Shown here: piece after piece, positions 30,052-41,103 of the stretch
Numbering within the stretch: the first letter of the stretch is position 1
Layout of the letters: the number at the start of each line of letters is the position of its first letter
Source of the DNA: an uncultured Verrucomicrobiae bacterium
GTDB taxonomy: Bacteria > Verrucomicrobiota > Verrucomicrobiia > Limisphaerales > JAFGQR01
Assembly (NCBI GenBank): GCA_963788655.1
Contig: CAWBHS010000056.1
Coordinates: 1-48,260, forward strand
Length of the DNA: 48,260 bases
Reading direction: 5' to 3'
Program-made: the position numbers and the translations under genes
The notes under the pieces: generated by a model
Database searches by the model: none
What the model was told of the DNA's origin: nothing
What the model saw: the letters and a program-made list of their open reading frames with translations, nothing else

Positions 30052-31890
30052 ATGCTGACCAAACACCAGTTGAGTTGCACCCGCCCCAGCCGCGGGGCCG
30101 GCCAAGCTTTCCGCTTGCGCCGGGCCAGGTCGCTGGTGGGATTCGCGCTGCTGCTGCTGAGCGCCGTGACCGGGGTGCGTGCCGCCGGGGTGTGGGACGG
30201 CGGTGGCGCCGACAACAATTGGAGCACCATTGAGAACTGGGACGACAATAATGCGGTTAAGAGCGATGGCTCAGTCAATGTCCACTTTGGTGGCAGCACG
30301 CGCCTCACGCCCAACGTGGACACGGCCTGGGAGGTCAAAGGCCTCACCTTCAATAGCGGCTCCGGCGCGTTCATCCTGGGCGGTTCCCTGCTTACTTTGC
30401 GGGGCGACGGCATTGACCAGAACGACGACGACACTCAGACGATCAACAACAACCTCACCCTGCACGACAACCAGACGTGGACCGCCCTGGCCGGTGATCT
30501 GGTGGCCGCCGGGGACATTACGCTTGATGGCGACCTTACGGTGAGCGGCGCATACACCACGACGTTAAGCGGCAGTATTTCCGGCAGCAAGAAAGTCAAA
30601 ATGGACGGAACTGGCACCCTGATTATCACGGGCGACAACACCTACACGGGCAACATGGAACTTAAGAATGGGACTCTGGGCATCGGCAGCGACACCGCCC
30701 TGGGCAGCACCAAGTTCGATGTTTCGGACGGGACGACGTTATACGCCTACGGCGGGCCACGCACCCTCTCCACGCTGGTGAATTCGCACAATGACTTCAC
30801 CATCGGCGGTTCCGAAAACATCACCTTCAACGGCACCTGGACGGCGGCAAATGATTTGACTCTGACCGTGGACAACACCGGACTGACCACCATCGAAAGC
30901 GATATTTCCGGGAACCATAAACTCTACAAAGAGGGCGCGGGCAGATTGGTGCTTCAAGGCGCCAACGCCGTCAAAGATGTCAACGTTGACGCTGGTGTGC
31001 TGAACCTCCAAAACGGTTCCGCCCTGGGCGGCAACGAGAAAACAGTAGTCGCCGATGGCGCCGCCTTGGAACTGGAGGGCGGCATTACGATCTCGAGTGA
31101 ACCGTTGGAATTGACCGGCTCAGGCATCGCTGGCGGCGGTGCCCTGCGCAATGTCAGCGGTGACAACGAGTGGGGCGGCAAAGTCACTTTGGACGGCGCC
31201 GCCACAGTCGCCAGTGACGCGGACACGTTGACGATCAGTGGTGACTTCGAAACCAAAGGATTTGCGGCCACGTTTTTGGGGAGCGGCGACATCACCGTGA
31301 GTGGCGTGATCAAGGATGATGGCAGCGTGACGAAGAACGGCCTCGGCACGCTCACGTTATCCGGCGCCAATACCTTTACGGGTGACCTGAATATCAATGG
31401 CGGCACCCTGCTCCTGGGGGCGAGCGACCGCATCGTCGATACAGTGAATGTCACCCTGGGAGGCGCTACGCTTGCCACCGGGGGCAACAGTGAAACCTTG
31501 GGCACCTTAACGTTGACGGCGGATTCCATCATTGATTTTGGTGACGGTGCCGGCGTATTGCAATTTGCCGACAGCTCGGGAATCGCCTGGACCTCGGGCG
31601 CAACGCTGACAATCACCAATTGGAGTGGCTCGCAATGGGGTGGGGGCACGGACCAGTTGCTCTTCGGCTCGGAAGGCACAGGTTTGACCGAGCAGCAGTT
31701 GTCACAGATCCGCTTCGTGGGCGCCAACGGTTATCTTCGCTATGGCATGATCCTGGCCAATGGCGAAGTGGTCCCGGTTCCCGAACCAGCGACGATGGCT
31801 GGCATTTTCGGACTGCTGCTTCTGGTAGCGTATCACGAACGCCATCCGCTGGTTCGAATCCTCCGCCAGCTTCTCGAAAAACAAACGTAG
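30052..31890 (+). CDS. PEP-CTERM surface protein with autotransporter-associated beta-strand (PATR) repeats
   Basis: WDGGGADNNWS, repeated K.G.GTL.L.G.NT.TG, and a C-terminal VPVPEPATMAGIFGLLLLVAYHERH. Confidence 0.9.
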   Translation: MLTKHQLSCTRPSRGAGQAFRLRRARSLVGFALLLLSAVTGVRAAGVWDGGGADNNWSTIENWDDNNAVKSDGSVNVHFGGSTRLTPNVDTAWEVKGLTFNSGSGAFILGGSLLTLRGDGIDQNDDDTQTINNNLTLHDNQTWTALAGDLVAAGDITLDGDLTVSGAYTTTLSGSISGSKKVKMDGTGTLIITGDNTYTGNMELKNGTLGIGSDTALGSTKFDVSDGTTLYAYGGPRTLSTLVNSHNDFTIGGSENITFNGTWTAANDLTLTVDNTGLTTIESDISGNHKLYKEGAGRLVLQGANAVKDVNVDAGVLNLQNGSALGGNEKTVVADGAALELEGGITISSEPLELTGSGIAGGGALRNVSGDNEWGGKVTLDGAATVASDADTLTISGDFETKGFAATFLGSGDITVSGVIKDDGSVTKNGLGTLTLSGANTFTGDLNINGGTLLLGASDRIVDTVNVTLGGATLATGGNSETLGTLTLTADSIIDFGDGAGVLQFADSSGIAWTSGATLTITNWSGSQWGGGTDQLLFGSEGTGLTEQQLSQIRFVGANGYLRYGMILANGEVVPVPEPATMAGIFGLLLLVAYHERHPLVRILRQLLEKQT

Positions 31891-32048
31891 CCCGTCTTTT
31901 TCAATCCCCTACTTGCCGCCAGCGCCAGGCGACGGACCCGCGACACCTCTCGACGATGTGCGACGTTCCGAGGCCCTGGCGACGCAAACTTTTACCTTTT
32001 CAATCCCCCGCAAAGTTTCTAGCGTCGCCGCAACAACAAATAACTCCT

Positions 32049-33089
32049 ATGGCTAGCAAGTATCACTACCAATTCTGTTTCGGTCCCTGGAACCTCAGCG
32101 AAGGACAAGATCCTTACGGTCCGCCCGTGCGACCGCCCCAGTCCTTTGATTGGAAGCTGGAGCAACTTAAAAAGCATGGTTTCGATGCCATGATGTTCCA
32201 TGACGATGACGCCGTGCCGGATTTGGACACCAAATCCGCCGCGCAAATCCGCACCGCCGCCAAGGAACTCAAGAAGCGGCTGGCCGGCGCGGGCATCTGG
32301 CCGGAAATCGTCGCACCCCGTTTGTGGTTCAGCCCGATGACCATTGACGGTGCGTACACCAGCAACGATGCCAAGTGCCGCAAGTACGCCATCGAGCGAA
32401 CCTATAAGTGCATCGACATCGCCAATTACCTCGGCACGGACCTCATTGTGCTTTGGCTGGCTCGCGAAGGCACCTACATCCGTGAGGCCAAGAGCGGCCG
32501 CCGCAGCACGGAACTGTTGGTCGAAGCCCTCAACAAGATGCTGGCCTACGACAAGAAGGTCCGCCTGGCCATCGAGCCGAAACCCAATGAACCGATGGAC
32601 CACGCCTACGTGCCGACCATCGGCCACGCGCTGGCCCTCGCGCAATTGACCACGCAGCCCAAGCGGGTGGGTTGCCTGATTGAATCGGCCCATGCCATCC
32701 TCGCGGGACTGGATCCGGCGGACGAAATCGACTTTGCCTGCACGTTTGGCAAGCTGTGGTCCATCCATCTCAATGATCAGAACGGATTGAAATTCGACCA
32801 GGACAAGCCGTTCGCGAGCAATAATCTTCGCGTGGCCTTCAACCAGGTGCGCGCCCTCGAACGCAACGGTTACGGCAAGAAGGGAGAATATATCGCGCTG
32901 GACGTGCATCCGTTCCGCCCCACCAAAATCGAACATTGGATGGCGCACTTGGTCAACAGCCGCCGCACCTTCCTGCGCCTGGTCGATAAAGCCCGTTCGT
33001 TCAACGACAAACTGGCCCGGGAATTGATCGCCGACCGCGACTACCAAGCCCTCGACCAAATGGTGCTGGAACATCTCTTGGGCAAGTAA
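32049..33089 (+). CDS. xylA: Xylose isomerase-like TIM-barrel enzyme (class I-like)
   Basis: FHDDD, WLAREG, EPKPNEP, ESAH and HLNDQNGLKFDQD motifs. The substrate is not proven. Confidence 0.75.
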   Translation: MASKYHYQFCFGPWNLSEGQDPYGPPVRPPQSFDWKLEQLKKHGFDAMMFHDDDAVPDLDTKSAAQIRTAAKELKKRLAGAGIWPEIVAPRLWFSPMTIDGAYTSNDAKCRKYAIERTYKCIDIANYLGTDLIVLWLAREGTYIREAKSGRRSTELLVEALNKMLAYDKKVRLAIEPKPNEPMDHAYVPTIGHALALAQLTTQPKRVGCLIESAHAILAGLDPADEIDFACTFGKLWSIHLNDQNGLKFDQDKPFASNNLRVAFNQVRALERNGYGKKGEYIALDVHPFRPTKIEHWMAHLVNSRRTFLRLVDKARSFNDKLARELIADRDYQALDQMVLEHLLGK

Positions 33090-33106
33090 ACCGCGACCAA
33101 CTCCAT

Positions 33107-33416
33107 CGCTCACAACGTGTTGTCGGCGTCTCGCCGGCAGAAACGGATGCAAGCGCCGTGTCCGATGTTTGGGTGGGCTGACGTGCGAACGGACCGTTCC
33201 AAACTGCCAGAGCAGGATGCCGGCAGCACGCTCACAACGTGCTGCTGGCGTCTCGCCGGCAGAAACGGATGCAAGCCCCGTGTCCGATGTTTAGGTGGGC
33301 TGACGTGCGAACGGACCGTTCCAAACTACCAGAGCAGGATGCCGGCAGCACGCTCACAACGTGTTGCCGGCGTCTCGCCGGCAGAAACGGATGCAAGCCC
33401 CGTGTCCGATGTTTGG
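33107..33416. repeat. 122-bp tandem repeat, about 2.5 copies (BIME-like REP array)
   Basis: CGCTCACAACGTG starts at 33107, 33229 and 33351. Each unit contains the inverted pair GTGYTGYCGGCGTC / GATGCCGGCAGCAC. Confidence 0.9.
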
Positions 33417-33447
33417 ATGCACCAATTCATTATGGAACAGATTGGGA

Positions 33448-33519
33448 CGCCGGGTGAGGGCACCCGGCCTACCAACTGGCGTTGTTGCGGTGTTGTAGGC
33501 CGGGTGCCCTCACCCGGCG
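33448..33519. repeat. Perfect 25-bp inverted GTAG-type REP pair
   Basis: CGCCGGGTGAGGGCACCCGGCCTAC (33448-33472) and its exact reverse complement (33495-33519). Confidence 0.85.
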
Positions 33520-33637
33520 GGGATTGACCGGCCATAATGAATATTGCTGGTTGAGCGAAGCAAAGAGCGGCAACCCAGTGTTGGGCCATCCCAAAAAAGA
33601 CTTGCCGCGCCAACTCCACGGCCCATACTTGGTTCCA

Positions 33638-34429
33638 ATGAATCCAACGCAAAATCAAAGTTTCCTTGTCCTGCGGAAGTTCACCCGCATCATCCTGCCG
33701 GTGTTCGCGCTTAACTTGGCTCTCGGTCTATCCGCCCTGGCGGCCGATAACCTTCCCGCCGTTGCCGCGCCCCCGGAGCCGGCGGGCATGAAATCGCTTT
33801 TCAACGGCAAAGATCTTACCGGCTGGGACGGCGACCCTCGCCTGTGGTCAGTCAAGGAAGGCGCCATTCACGGCCAGACCACGAAAGAAAATCCCGCCAA
33901 GGGCAACACCTTTTTGATTCTTAAAGATCAGCGTTTCGACAATTTTGAACTCCGGCTCTCCTTTCGGTGCAATGCCGACAACAACTCGGGCATCCAGTAT
34001 CGGTCCAAACACATCACCGAGGGAAGAGTGAACAACAAGTGGGTTGTGCGCGGCTACCAGCATGAAATCCGCAACGAAACCAAGCTCCCCAGCGTCGCTG
34101 GATTCATCTATGACGAAGGTGGCAAACGCGGCCGGATCTGTCTCGTGGGCGAAAAAGCTGTCTGGGAAAACGGAAAGAAGAATGTGGTCGGCAGGCTGCT
34201 GGACGCGGAAGGTTACCAGCAACTTTTCAAACTGAACGACTGGAACGACGTTGTCATCATCGCCCAGGGGAACCACCTGAGGCATTTCCTTAACGGCACC
34301 CTCATTCTGGATTTCACGGATGACCCGCAACTGGCGCTGAAGGAAGGCATCATTGCCCTCCAACTCCATGCCGGGAAACCCATGTGGACCGAGTTCAAGA
34401 ACATCCGCATCAAAGAACTCGCACCGTAA
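33638..34429 (+). CDS. DUF1080 (3-keto-disaccharide hydrolase family) protein
   Basis: SLFNGKDLTGW, NSGIQYRS, DWN, G.IALQLH and FKNIRIKEL motifs, plus a signal peptide. Confidence 0.9.
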   Translation: MNPTQNQSFLVLRKFTRIILPVFALNLALGLSALAADNLPAVAAPPEPAGMKSLFNGKDLTGWDGDPRLWSVKEGAIHGQTTKENPAKGNTFLILKDQRFDNFELRLSFRCNADNNSGIQYRSKHITEGRVNNKWVVRGYQHEIRNETKLPSVAGFIYDEGGKRGRICLVGEKAVWENGKKNVVGRLLDAEGYQQLFKLNDWNDVVIIAQGNHLRHFLNGTLILDFTDDPQLALKEGIIALQLHAGKPMWTEFKNIRIKELAP

Positions 34430-34780
34430 AACTCGGCAGGATCCCCAGTCTTACGCTTGGGAATGTCCACCGTGGGTGAGAATTGGGCGCGCCATTTGGC
34501 TTGGTTTGTAAGCGCACGGTGAGCAAGGCGTTCGAGTATTCACCAACCAAAAGGGCGGTGATTGGATTAAGGTTGCGCGTCTGAATGCCAGGAGCCGCAG
34601 GATCAGCCGGAGGAAGTGCTTCGTCTCAATTGCTTTCCCCAGGAGCACTGTCCCGGCAATTACGAGTCAATTAGATTCTCGGCGGCTCCGAACTGCAATT
34701 TCACCATTCCGGCACAGCAGCTATTTGATGAAGACCAAATAGTATTGGAGTCAAGCCGGTCTTGGGATAAAACGAGAGCA

Positions 34781-36325
34781 ATGAACCGGTTGAAAAAGCG
34801 TCTTCGACAACTGGGCTGGCTGCTCGGAATTGCCACGATGCTGGTCACGTTTGCTATTGGGGTGGAACACTTCCGCGGCCGACACATGCTGAACACCCGG
34901 CTGGCGGAATTGAAGACCAGGGGCGAAGAACTCGAAGTTGCTGAATTGGAACCTCGTCATCCACCTGCCGAACAAAACGCGGCCCTGGCGTTGTTGGCGC
35001 TGACCAACGAGATCAGTCAGTTACATTCCAATCTGCTCGAGGCGCCGCCCGCCGGCCGTTTTGCGGCGCCGGGGCGGATGGTAATGGGATGGCAGTTCGA
35101 ATCGTGGGCTGGTGAGAAAAGGACCAATAACTGGCGACAACTGCGCGAGACCATGGAAGCATCAAACGATGTGCTGCAGGCCATCCATCAGGCGTTGCAA
35201 AGGCCAGAGTGGGACGTGGGCTTTGATTACCAGAAAGGATTCTACGACTTCCAACCACCACCGCTGGTTCACTTGAAACTTGCTTCCCAAATCCTGATCA
35301 CCGCCGTTGCCTGTGACCTGAAACAGGACCGGACGAACGCGGCGCTCCAACGGTTGACCGACGCCGTCCGCCTGGTGGGCCTGCAAAAGGACGAGCGGTT
35401 GATCATCTCGCAACTGGTGCGAATTGCCGGCGCGACGCTGGCTTGGAGCAGCACCTGGAATCTCCTGCAAACCAACGCCTGGAGTGATGACCAACTTGCC
35501 ACGCTCCAAACCGCGTGGCAGGAACTGGATTTCAGCACCGATATGGCGCGGGCGCTGGAGATGGAACGCGCGATGACGTTGGATTATTTCCGCGAGGTAT
35601 CCGGTTCCTGGGCAAAGCTGAAGGCAACCATCCAGCAACAAGAGAGTGCTGAAGAAATGTTGGGCGGTGAATTTGTATTTCTCCCCATGCATGGACTGGT
35701 CCTGCACTGGATTTGTGCGCCCCTCTGGCGTTGGGCTTGGGCGGATCAGGATGCGCGGCGGGCATTGGATCGCTGGCAGGAAATGATTGAGACGGATCGA
35801 ATCGCCCGCCACAAATCATGGGCCCTGGCTAAGGATCGTGGAGCTCGCCTCGATCAAGCGGCCGCGGCCAGTCCCTGGTTGCGGAGGCAAGATGAGCAAT
35901 CCCAACAGAGCCTTTATGATCGCTGTCGATACCTTCTCTCCAATCAAACCTTTGGCCTGGGCGGAGGCCTCATACGACGAGTTCTGCAAACGGAAACCGC
36001 TCGGCGAATGATGGTCACCGCTCTGGCGCTCACACGCCATCGCTTGCGCCACGGCCAACCGGCGGTCACTCTGGAAAGGCTCGTGCCGGAACTGCTACCC
36101 GCCATCCCCCTTGATGGGATGGATGGGAAGCCGCTTCGCTATCGGTTAAATCCCGACGGCACGTTTCTGCTCTATTCAGTCGGCGAGGATGGCAAGGACG
36201 ATGGTGGAGATGCTGCTCTGGGGCAAGGCAAGACGATCTTTGCGCAGATCTGGGATGGCAAGGACGCCATCTATCCAACACCCGCCACGGCCGAAGAAGC
36301 CGCCAAGCTAGCCAGGCAAAAGTAA
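34781..36325 (+). CDS. Membrane-anchored hypothetical protein with a GspG-like C-terminal motif
   Basis: N-terminal TM, helical body, and LVPELLPAIPLDGMDGKPLRYR...LYSVGEDGKDDGG. Confidence 0.7.
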   Translation: MNRLKKRLRQLGWLLGIATMLVTFAIGVEHFRGRHMLNTRLAELKTRGEELEVAELEPRHPPAEQNAALALLALTNEISQLHSNLLEAPPAGRFAAPGRMVMGWQFESWAGEKRTNNWRQLRETMEASNDVLQAIHQALQRPEWDVGFDYQKGFYDFQPPPLVHLKLASQILITAVACDLKQDRTNAALQRLTDAVRLVGLQKDERLIISQLVRIAGATLAWSSTWNLLQTNAWSDDQLATLQTAWQELDFSTDMARALEMERAMTLDYFREVSGSWAKLKATIQQQESAEEMLGGEFVFLPMHGLVLHWICAPLWRWAWADQDARRALDRWQEMIETDRIARHKSWALAKDRGARLDQAAAASPWLRRQDEQSQQSLYDRCRYLLSNQTFGLGGGLIRRVLQTETARRMMVTALALTRHRLRHGQPAVTLERLVPELLPAIPLDGMDGKPLRYRLNPDGTFLLYSVGEDGKDDGGDAALGQGKTIFAQIWDGKDAIYPTPATAEEAAKLARQK

Positions 36326-36759
36326 ATCCTTCGCTAGAAAATCGTTCCGCCTCCTAGCAAAGCAGGGCAGTTTTGCGTCTGCGGCGGCCAATGGTGCCGG
36401 ACGAGTGCTATGTGGTCCGCTTGGAAGTTCCTTGGATTACCGGCGCAACCGAATGGCGCATTTGTCCCCCGCCAAACGCCATCCGCCTTTCTCCTGGTTT
36501 CGGCAATAGATGGCAGACCGATTCGAATCGGACATTCGTTTACAGGTCGTTTCAGCCGCGTCCCAGCAAGCGTCAGCAACCAGTGCGGTTTACCTGGAAT
36601 GGTGAAAAGATCGAACTGGCGTTGCCCAAACAGCACCACCGGTGGGTGATTTTAGTTAGCCCGGGTTCCTCCCCTTGCTAGAAGTCAGTCTGGGTTCGTC
36701 ATTGACACGATTCGGCGGAACCAAGGATTCTGGAACGTAAATATATCCGGATTTAAACC

Positions 36760-37371
36760 ATGAAAGCTGTTGCCATCAATGGAAGCCCACGCAAAGGCGG
36801 AAACACTGAAATCCTCATAAAGCAAGTTCTGGCGCCGCTGGCTGCGGCTGGCTGGGAAACCGAGTTCATCCAGCTCGGGGGAACCGACATCCGCGGATGC
36901 AGGGCCTGTTATCATTGCTTCGACACCAAGAATTCGCAGTGCGGCCAAAAGAATGATTGCTTTAACCCGTGCATGGAGAAGATGGCTGGTGCTGATGCGA
37001 TTATCCTCGGTTCGCCGACCTACTTCTCGGACGTCAGTGCCGAAACGAAGGCGCTGTTGGATCGGGCCGGGCTGGTGGCGCTGGCCAACGGCGGATTATT
37101 CCGCGGTAAAATCGGAGCGGCGGTGGTGGCGGTCCGACGCGGTGGCGGCATCCACGCTTTTGATACCATCAACCACATGTTTCTCATGTCCGGCGCCATC
37201 GTGCCAGGATCGACGTATTGGAATCTCGGATTCGGTTTGGACAAGGGCGACGTGGCCAAAGACGAGGAAGCGTCGCGTAACATGGAAGATTTGGGCCAGA
37301 CCATCGCCTGGCTGGGCAAAGCCATTTCCCAACATGCCGAGAGTCGCCCGCTGCGGCTGGTTCGCGAGTAA
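36760..37371 (+). CDS. Iron-sulfur flavoprotein / NADPH-dependent FMN reductase family
   Basis: INGSPRKGGNT, CRACYHC...C, GSPTYF and VRRGG motifs. Confidence 0.92.
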   Translation: MKAVAINGSPRKGGNTEILIKQVLAPLAAAGWETEFIQLGGTDIRGCRACYHCFDTKNSQCGQKNDCFNPCMEKMAGADAIILGSPTYFSDVSAETKALLDRAGLVALANGGLFRGKIGAAVVAVRRGGGIHAFDTINHMFLMSGAIVPGSTYWNLGFGLDKGDVAKDEEASRNMEDLGQTIAWLGKAISQHAESRPLRLVRE

Positions 37372-37483
37372 GCTAAACACCACGATGCTGTGGGGGTGGC
37401 TTTCGATGGAAGATTTCAGGCCGCGCGCATTGGCCCGCGACACGCAGCCCTGACAAAACAACCGTGCGCCCGCTCGATGCTGG

Positions 37484-38909
37484 TTAGCAGACAGGGACGA
37501 CCTCGATCCCCAGCAAGCGGCCCAGTTTGTCAATGCGGGAGGCGACGCGACCAATGCCAACCGCGCAATGGTGAGCCGGACCCTGGACGTTCCATTGTTC
37601 GACAAATTGCCGGGCGCCGATAGGGAAGCGATAACGGCTGTTCGTGTTGCCAATTGCGAGGATCGGGCCGGGCACCGACTCGGCCTCCGCGACGAGGAAT
37701 TTTAATGGGCCATCCACGGTCTGTACGACGGACAACAGCGTGACCGGCCCGTGCTGCACCGACATTTCAACCGACAGCCCTTGGCCCACCTTGCCGTGAT
37801 AGACTTGGAGTGGGCGCACCTTGGTTTTGCCTTGCGCGATGGCGATGTGCCCGGGGCCGTCATGCCCCATCAGCACAATATCATCCTTGAAGTCCATGGC
37901 GTAATACTCGGTAAAGGAACCGCCGACGCCGAAGGTATCCAGGATCTTCATGGCTTGGGCATTCTTGATTTCGTATTCGCCGGCAACGGGCACACCACGA
38001 GCAGTCAACCGTGAAGTGCCCAAAATGATCGAACTGATGGCCTCGGCATTCTCCGCGTTGCCGGTGCCCAAATAGTAATAGGCCATCGAACCGAGGTCAT
38101 GTTCCGTAACCAACCGGTCCAAGGCCACCGACGTGCGAGCAGCCCGTTCCAGTTCCGCTGGCGGACATTCCGGCTGCACGGCGAATTCCCGGTGAAAATC
38201 CGCCACGCGATCTTTGATTTGGGCGACGGTGACTTGCCGCCGCCAGGCTGCCAATTCGTCCACCTCGATGATTTCGATATGCCCGCCAAAGGTGGCGCAG
38301 TGCTGAGTCATGTCCGAGTAAATGTCCAGCATGCCGCCGTAGTAGTGGCCCAGCAGTCCGAGGCGGTTGTGGAACATCACGTGGGCCACACGCGCCGCTT
38401 CGATCCATTCGTCCATTTCCTGCCAGCACGCCGGATCATCGTGCAGCAGACCGGTGACCTGATGAAAATGGATTCGCGCGCGGTTGAAGACATTGGCAAT
38501 TTCCGGCACGGGACAGGAGGCGCAATAAGCAAGCCATTCGCCCGTCATCGCGGTGCGATCGGTCATGCGGTTGAAGGCCGCGTAATCGATCGCGGGGGCG
38601 GGTTGGAGATTGAGCACGATCACCGGCACGCGCGCTCGCTGAACGACCGGCAGCACCGTCGAAGAGAGCGCGTAGGTCGTGACGTACAGGTACCAACAAG
38701 TCCACGTCCGCCTGCCGGAATTGGTGGCCGGCTTCGAGGGCTTGGGGCGGCGAGTCGATCAAGCCCAGGTTCACAATGTCCACGCCGGGACGCTGGAGGC
38801 GATCCTCGACGATCTGCAAATAACCTTCGAGCCGCTCCTTCAAGCCCTTGAACTGGGGCCAATACGCCGCCAAACCAATGCCGAACAGACCAATTTTTAC
38901 GGATCTCAT
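37484..38909 (-). CDS. L-arabinose/L-fucose isomerase family protein (frameshift at about 38690)
   Basis: MRSVKIGLFGIGLAAYWPQFKGL joins the frame containing AGEYE, GGSFTEYY, MGHDGPGH, GNTNSR and GPAHHCA. Confidence 0.85.
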
Positions 38910-38979
38910 GCGGGTGGATTTAACGACGGAACCGCGTTCGAAGCAAGCGGCGCGCGACCGTCGGTTCGGTTGAACGGCA

Positions 38980-39686
38980 CGGGTTGCCGTCGTGATGTTG
39001 CGGATAGCTTGACCGCCGGCTATGGCGCCACGGCAGGCCATGACTACCCCACCCTGCTCTCTCAACGGCTGGGGATTCCCATCATCAATCAAGGCCACAG
39101 TGGCGACACGACGGCGGATGGACTGCGGCGTCTGGGCCAAGTGCTGCCACTGCGGCCGAGCGTCGTGCTGCTCTGCCTGGGCGGCAACGACTGTCTGCCG
39201 CCGCGAGACGTACCCGTGGACGTAATGATTTCCAATCTGGGCCGGATCATCGACCAGTTGCAGCAGCAGGGCGCTTTTGTGGTATTGATCGGAGTACACA
39301 GTCCGAGTGTGCTGGACAAAAATAAAAAGCACTTCCGCCAGTTGGCCAGGGACAAACGGACTTTTTACGTACCGGACATCTTCAAAGGCATATTCCTCAA
39401 ACCCATTTACATGTCCGATGCCTTGCATCCGAATGACGCCGGCTACCGTGCGATTGCTGAACGCCTGGAAAAAGAATTGCGGCCCCTGTTGCCATCCTTG
39501 CTGCCCTCCAATGCGGCTAGGACAGCTACCTTTGTTGCGAGGCGATGTACTCGCTTAACGTTTCGACGTTGCGCGCAAACACAGCGCTGGAGAGAAATTG
39601 AAACCCGCGTTCAAATTTCGGTTGACCGACGAGACGCTCGCCCGCGTAGGTGCTGGTCCATCGCCCCTGGTTGTCGAGCTCGCTAA
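38980..39686 (+). CDS. SGNH/GDSL arylesterase-like protein; both ends uncertain (probable frameshifts or truncation)
   Basis: DSLTAGYG, INQGHSGDTT, CLGGND and DALHPN blocks. The annotated 3' end overlaps the opposite-strand gene, so the real stop is probably near 39520. Confidence 0.7.
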
Positions 39687-40953
39687 TGATCCGACGCACG
39701 GCGGCGGCCAATTCCGGTTTGAGGCCCGTTCGCGGCGGAAGGTCACCCCTCACCGCCGCCCGGAAATCTTTTTCGATCAGATCCAAGCGCGCGGGTTGCT
39801 TCCAACCGTAGTGACGCGGCGCCGCGGAATCGTCATAAGTGAGCTGGTATTTGCCGTCCATGTAGAGCGGCTTGTTGGTTTTGAATTCATAATACCGGGC
39901 AATCCTGCCGTCCGGAAGCAGGCACGTTTTAAGGTATTCGAGGGCCCGTGGAATTGGTCCGAGATATTTAGGCTTGCTGGTGTGACGGGCGATTTTGATC
40001 AGCGTTTCCATAACGTCCTGGGACTCCCAACCGGTGATGGCCGGCGGTTCGAACTTGCGCGCCCAGATCGGAAACATCGCGTAGTTATACTGCTGACACC
40101 ATCCCGGTTGCGGCGCCGGCATCTGGGCGAGGATCAGAAAGTCGCCGAGCTGCTGCAACGCGGCGGTGTATTGGGGGTCGCGATAGACTTCATGCGCGAG
40201 GATCAAGGTGTCTGCCACGGTCCCCGCCAGGCCGTCGTTCAGGGTGTAATAATCCCAGTAGTTCTTGATCCTCCCTTCCGTTTTCCAATCGTAGTCGGGA
40301 TACCGCGCCTTCAATCCGGGCTGCGGGGGCACGGGTCCCCGCCATATCTGGGGAAAAGCGCCGTTGGGAAACTGGGCGTTCAACAGCGCGGTCAATCCAT
40401 AAACCGCCGCCTCATGAATCGCTGCCTGTTTGAACGCAAGCGCGCAGTCCATCCGCATGAGCATCTCCAGGGCGGCCTGGGTTTGCCCGTCGTCCAGGGA
40501 TGAAACATTCCAGCTTCCGCCGTGACCTTTGCGGTACTTCCCCATCCGTCCTCGTTCGGGACGGGCGAAGTGAATGACCTGCGTCCAGCCGCCAGATTCC
40601 AATTGCCCATCGAGCAATGCCTGCGCCGCCGCCTGGGCCGCGTCGAGATAGAACTTGTCGCCCGTAGCCGCATAGGCTTGCAAGTAGGCCCTTCCGATCG
40701 TGGGCGTTCCCGGCGGTTGCACAAAGATGGTATCGCGGGAGGCCCTGCCTTCGCCCCACCGCTGACTGAGGTCCAGGCTGTAATAATAGACATACCCGCC
40801 GTGACTGGCGACACGGTCGCGATAATACGCTGCGGCTTTCTTCAAAGTGCGCCGCGCTTCCTCGCGCAAAGCCGGGTCAGTAAACTGCGCTGGCAGGTCG
40901 ATGCCTGCGATTAACGTAATGAGGGCCAGGAGGGTGATGGTCGTTCGTTTCAT
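39526..40953 (-). CDS. Secreted pectate lyase-like protein (PL10 / Pec_lyase family)
   Basis: Signal peptide, QLESGGW, SSLDDG.T, AQFPNGAFPQ, YTLND, GWCQQY and ARKFEPPAI motifs. Confidence 0.75.
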   Translation of the reverse strand: MKRTTITLLALITLIAGIDLPAQFTDPALREEARRTLKKAAAYYRDRVASHGGYVYYYSLDLSQRWGEGRASRDTIFVQPPGTPTIGRAYLQAYAATGDKFYLDAAQAAAQALLDGQLESGGWTQVIHFARPERGRMGKYRKGHGGSWNVSSLDDGQTQAALEMLMRMDCALAFKQAAIHEAAVYGLTALLNAQFPNGAFPQIWRGPVPPQPGLKARYPDYDWKTEGRIKNYWDYYTLNDGLAGTVADTLILAHEVYRDPQYTAALQQLGDFLILAQMPAPQPGWCQQYNYAMFPIWARKFEPPAITGWESQDVMETLIKIARHTSKPKYLGPIPRALEYLKTCLLPDGRIARYYEFKTNKPLYMDGKYQLTYDDSAAPRHYGWKQPARLDLIEKDFRAAVRGDLPPRTGLKPELAAAVRRIISELDNQGRWTSTYAGERLVGQPKFERGFQFLSSAVFARNVETLSEYIASQQR

Positions 40954-40980
40954 CGTTGCTGGTTTCGTATTCTACGATTC

Positions 40981-41103
40981 AAAGCGTGTTTTGAAAGTCC
41001 GAAAACTTGTAGCCACCGAGGTGCGGAGGTGGACCTTAGGGCCACGTGGCACTGGTGAGTCCGCCTCCGCACGTCGGCGGCTACCCCGTTCAAACACGGT
41101 CTC
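40981..41103. mobile_element. MITE-like/REP element related to 29600-29733
   Basis: Ends AAAGCGTGTTTTGAA and TTCAAACACGGTCT, with an internal GTAGCCACCGAGGTGCGGAGG / CCTCCGCACGTCGGCGGCTAC hairpin. Confidence 0.55.

Noticed and set aside
33107..33416. Possible CRISPR array
   Set aside because: The whole 122-bp unit repeats with no unique spacers, and no cas genes are present.
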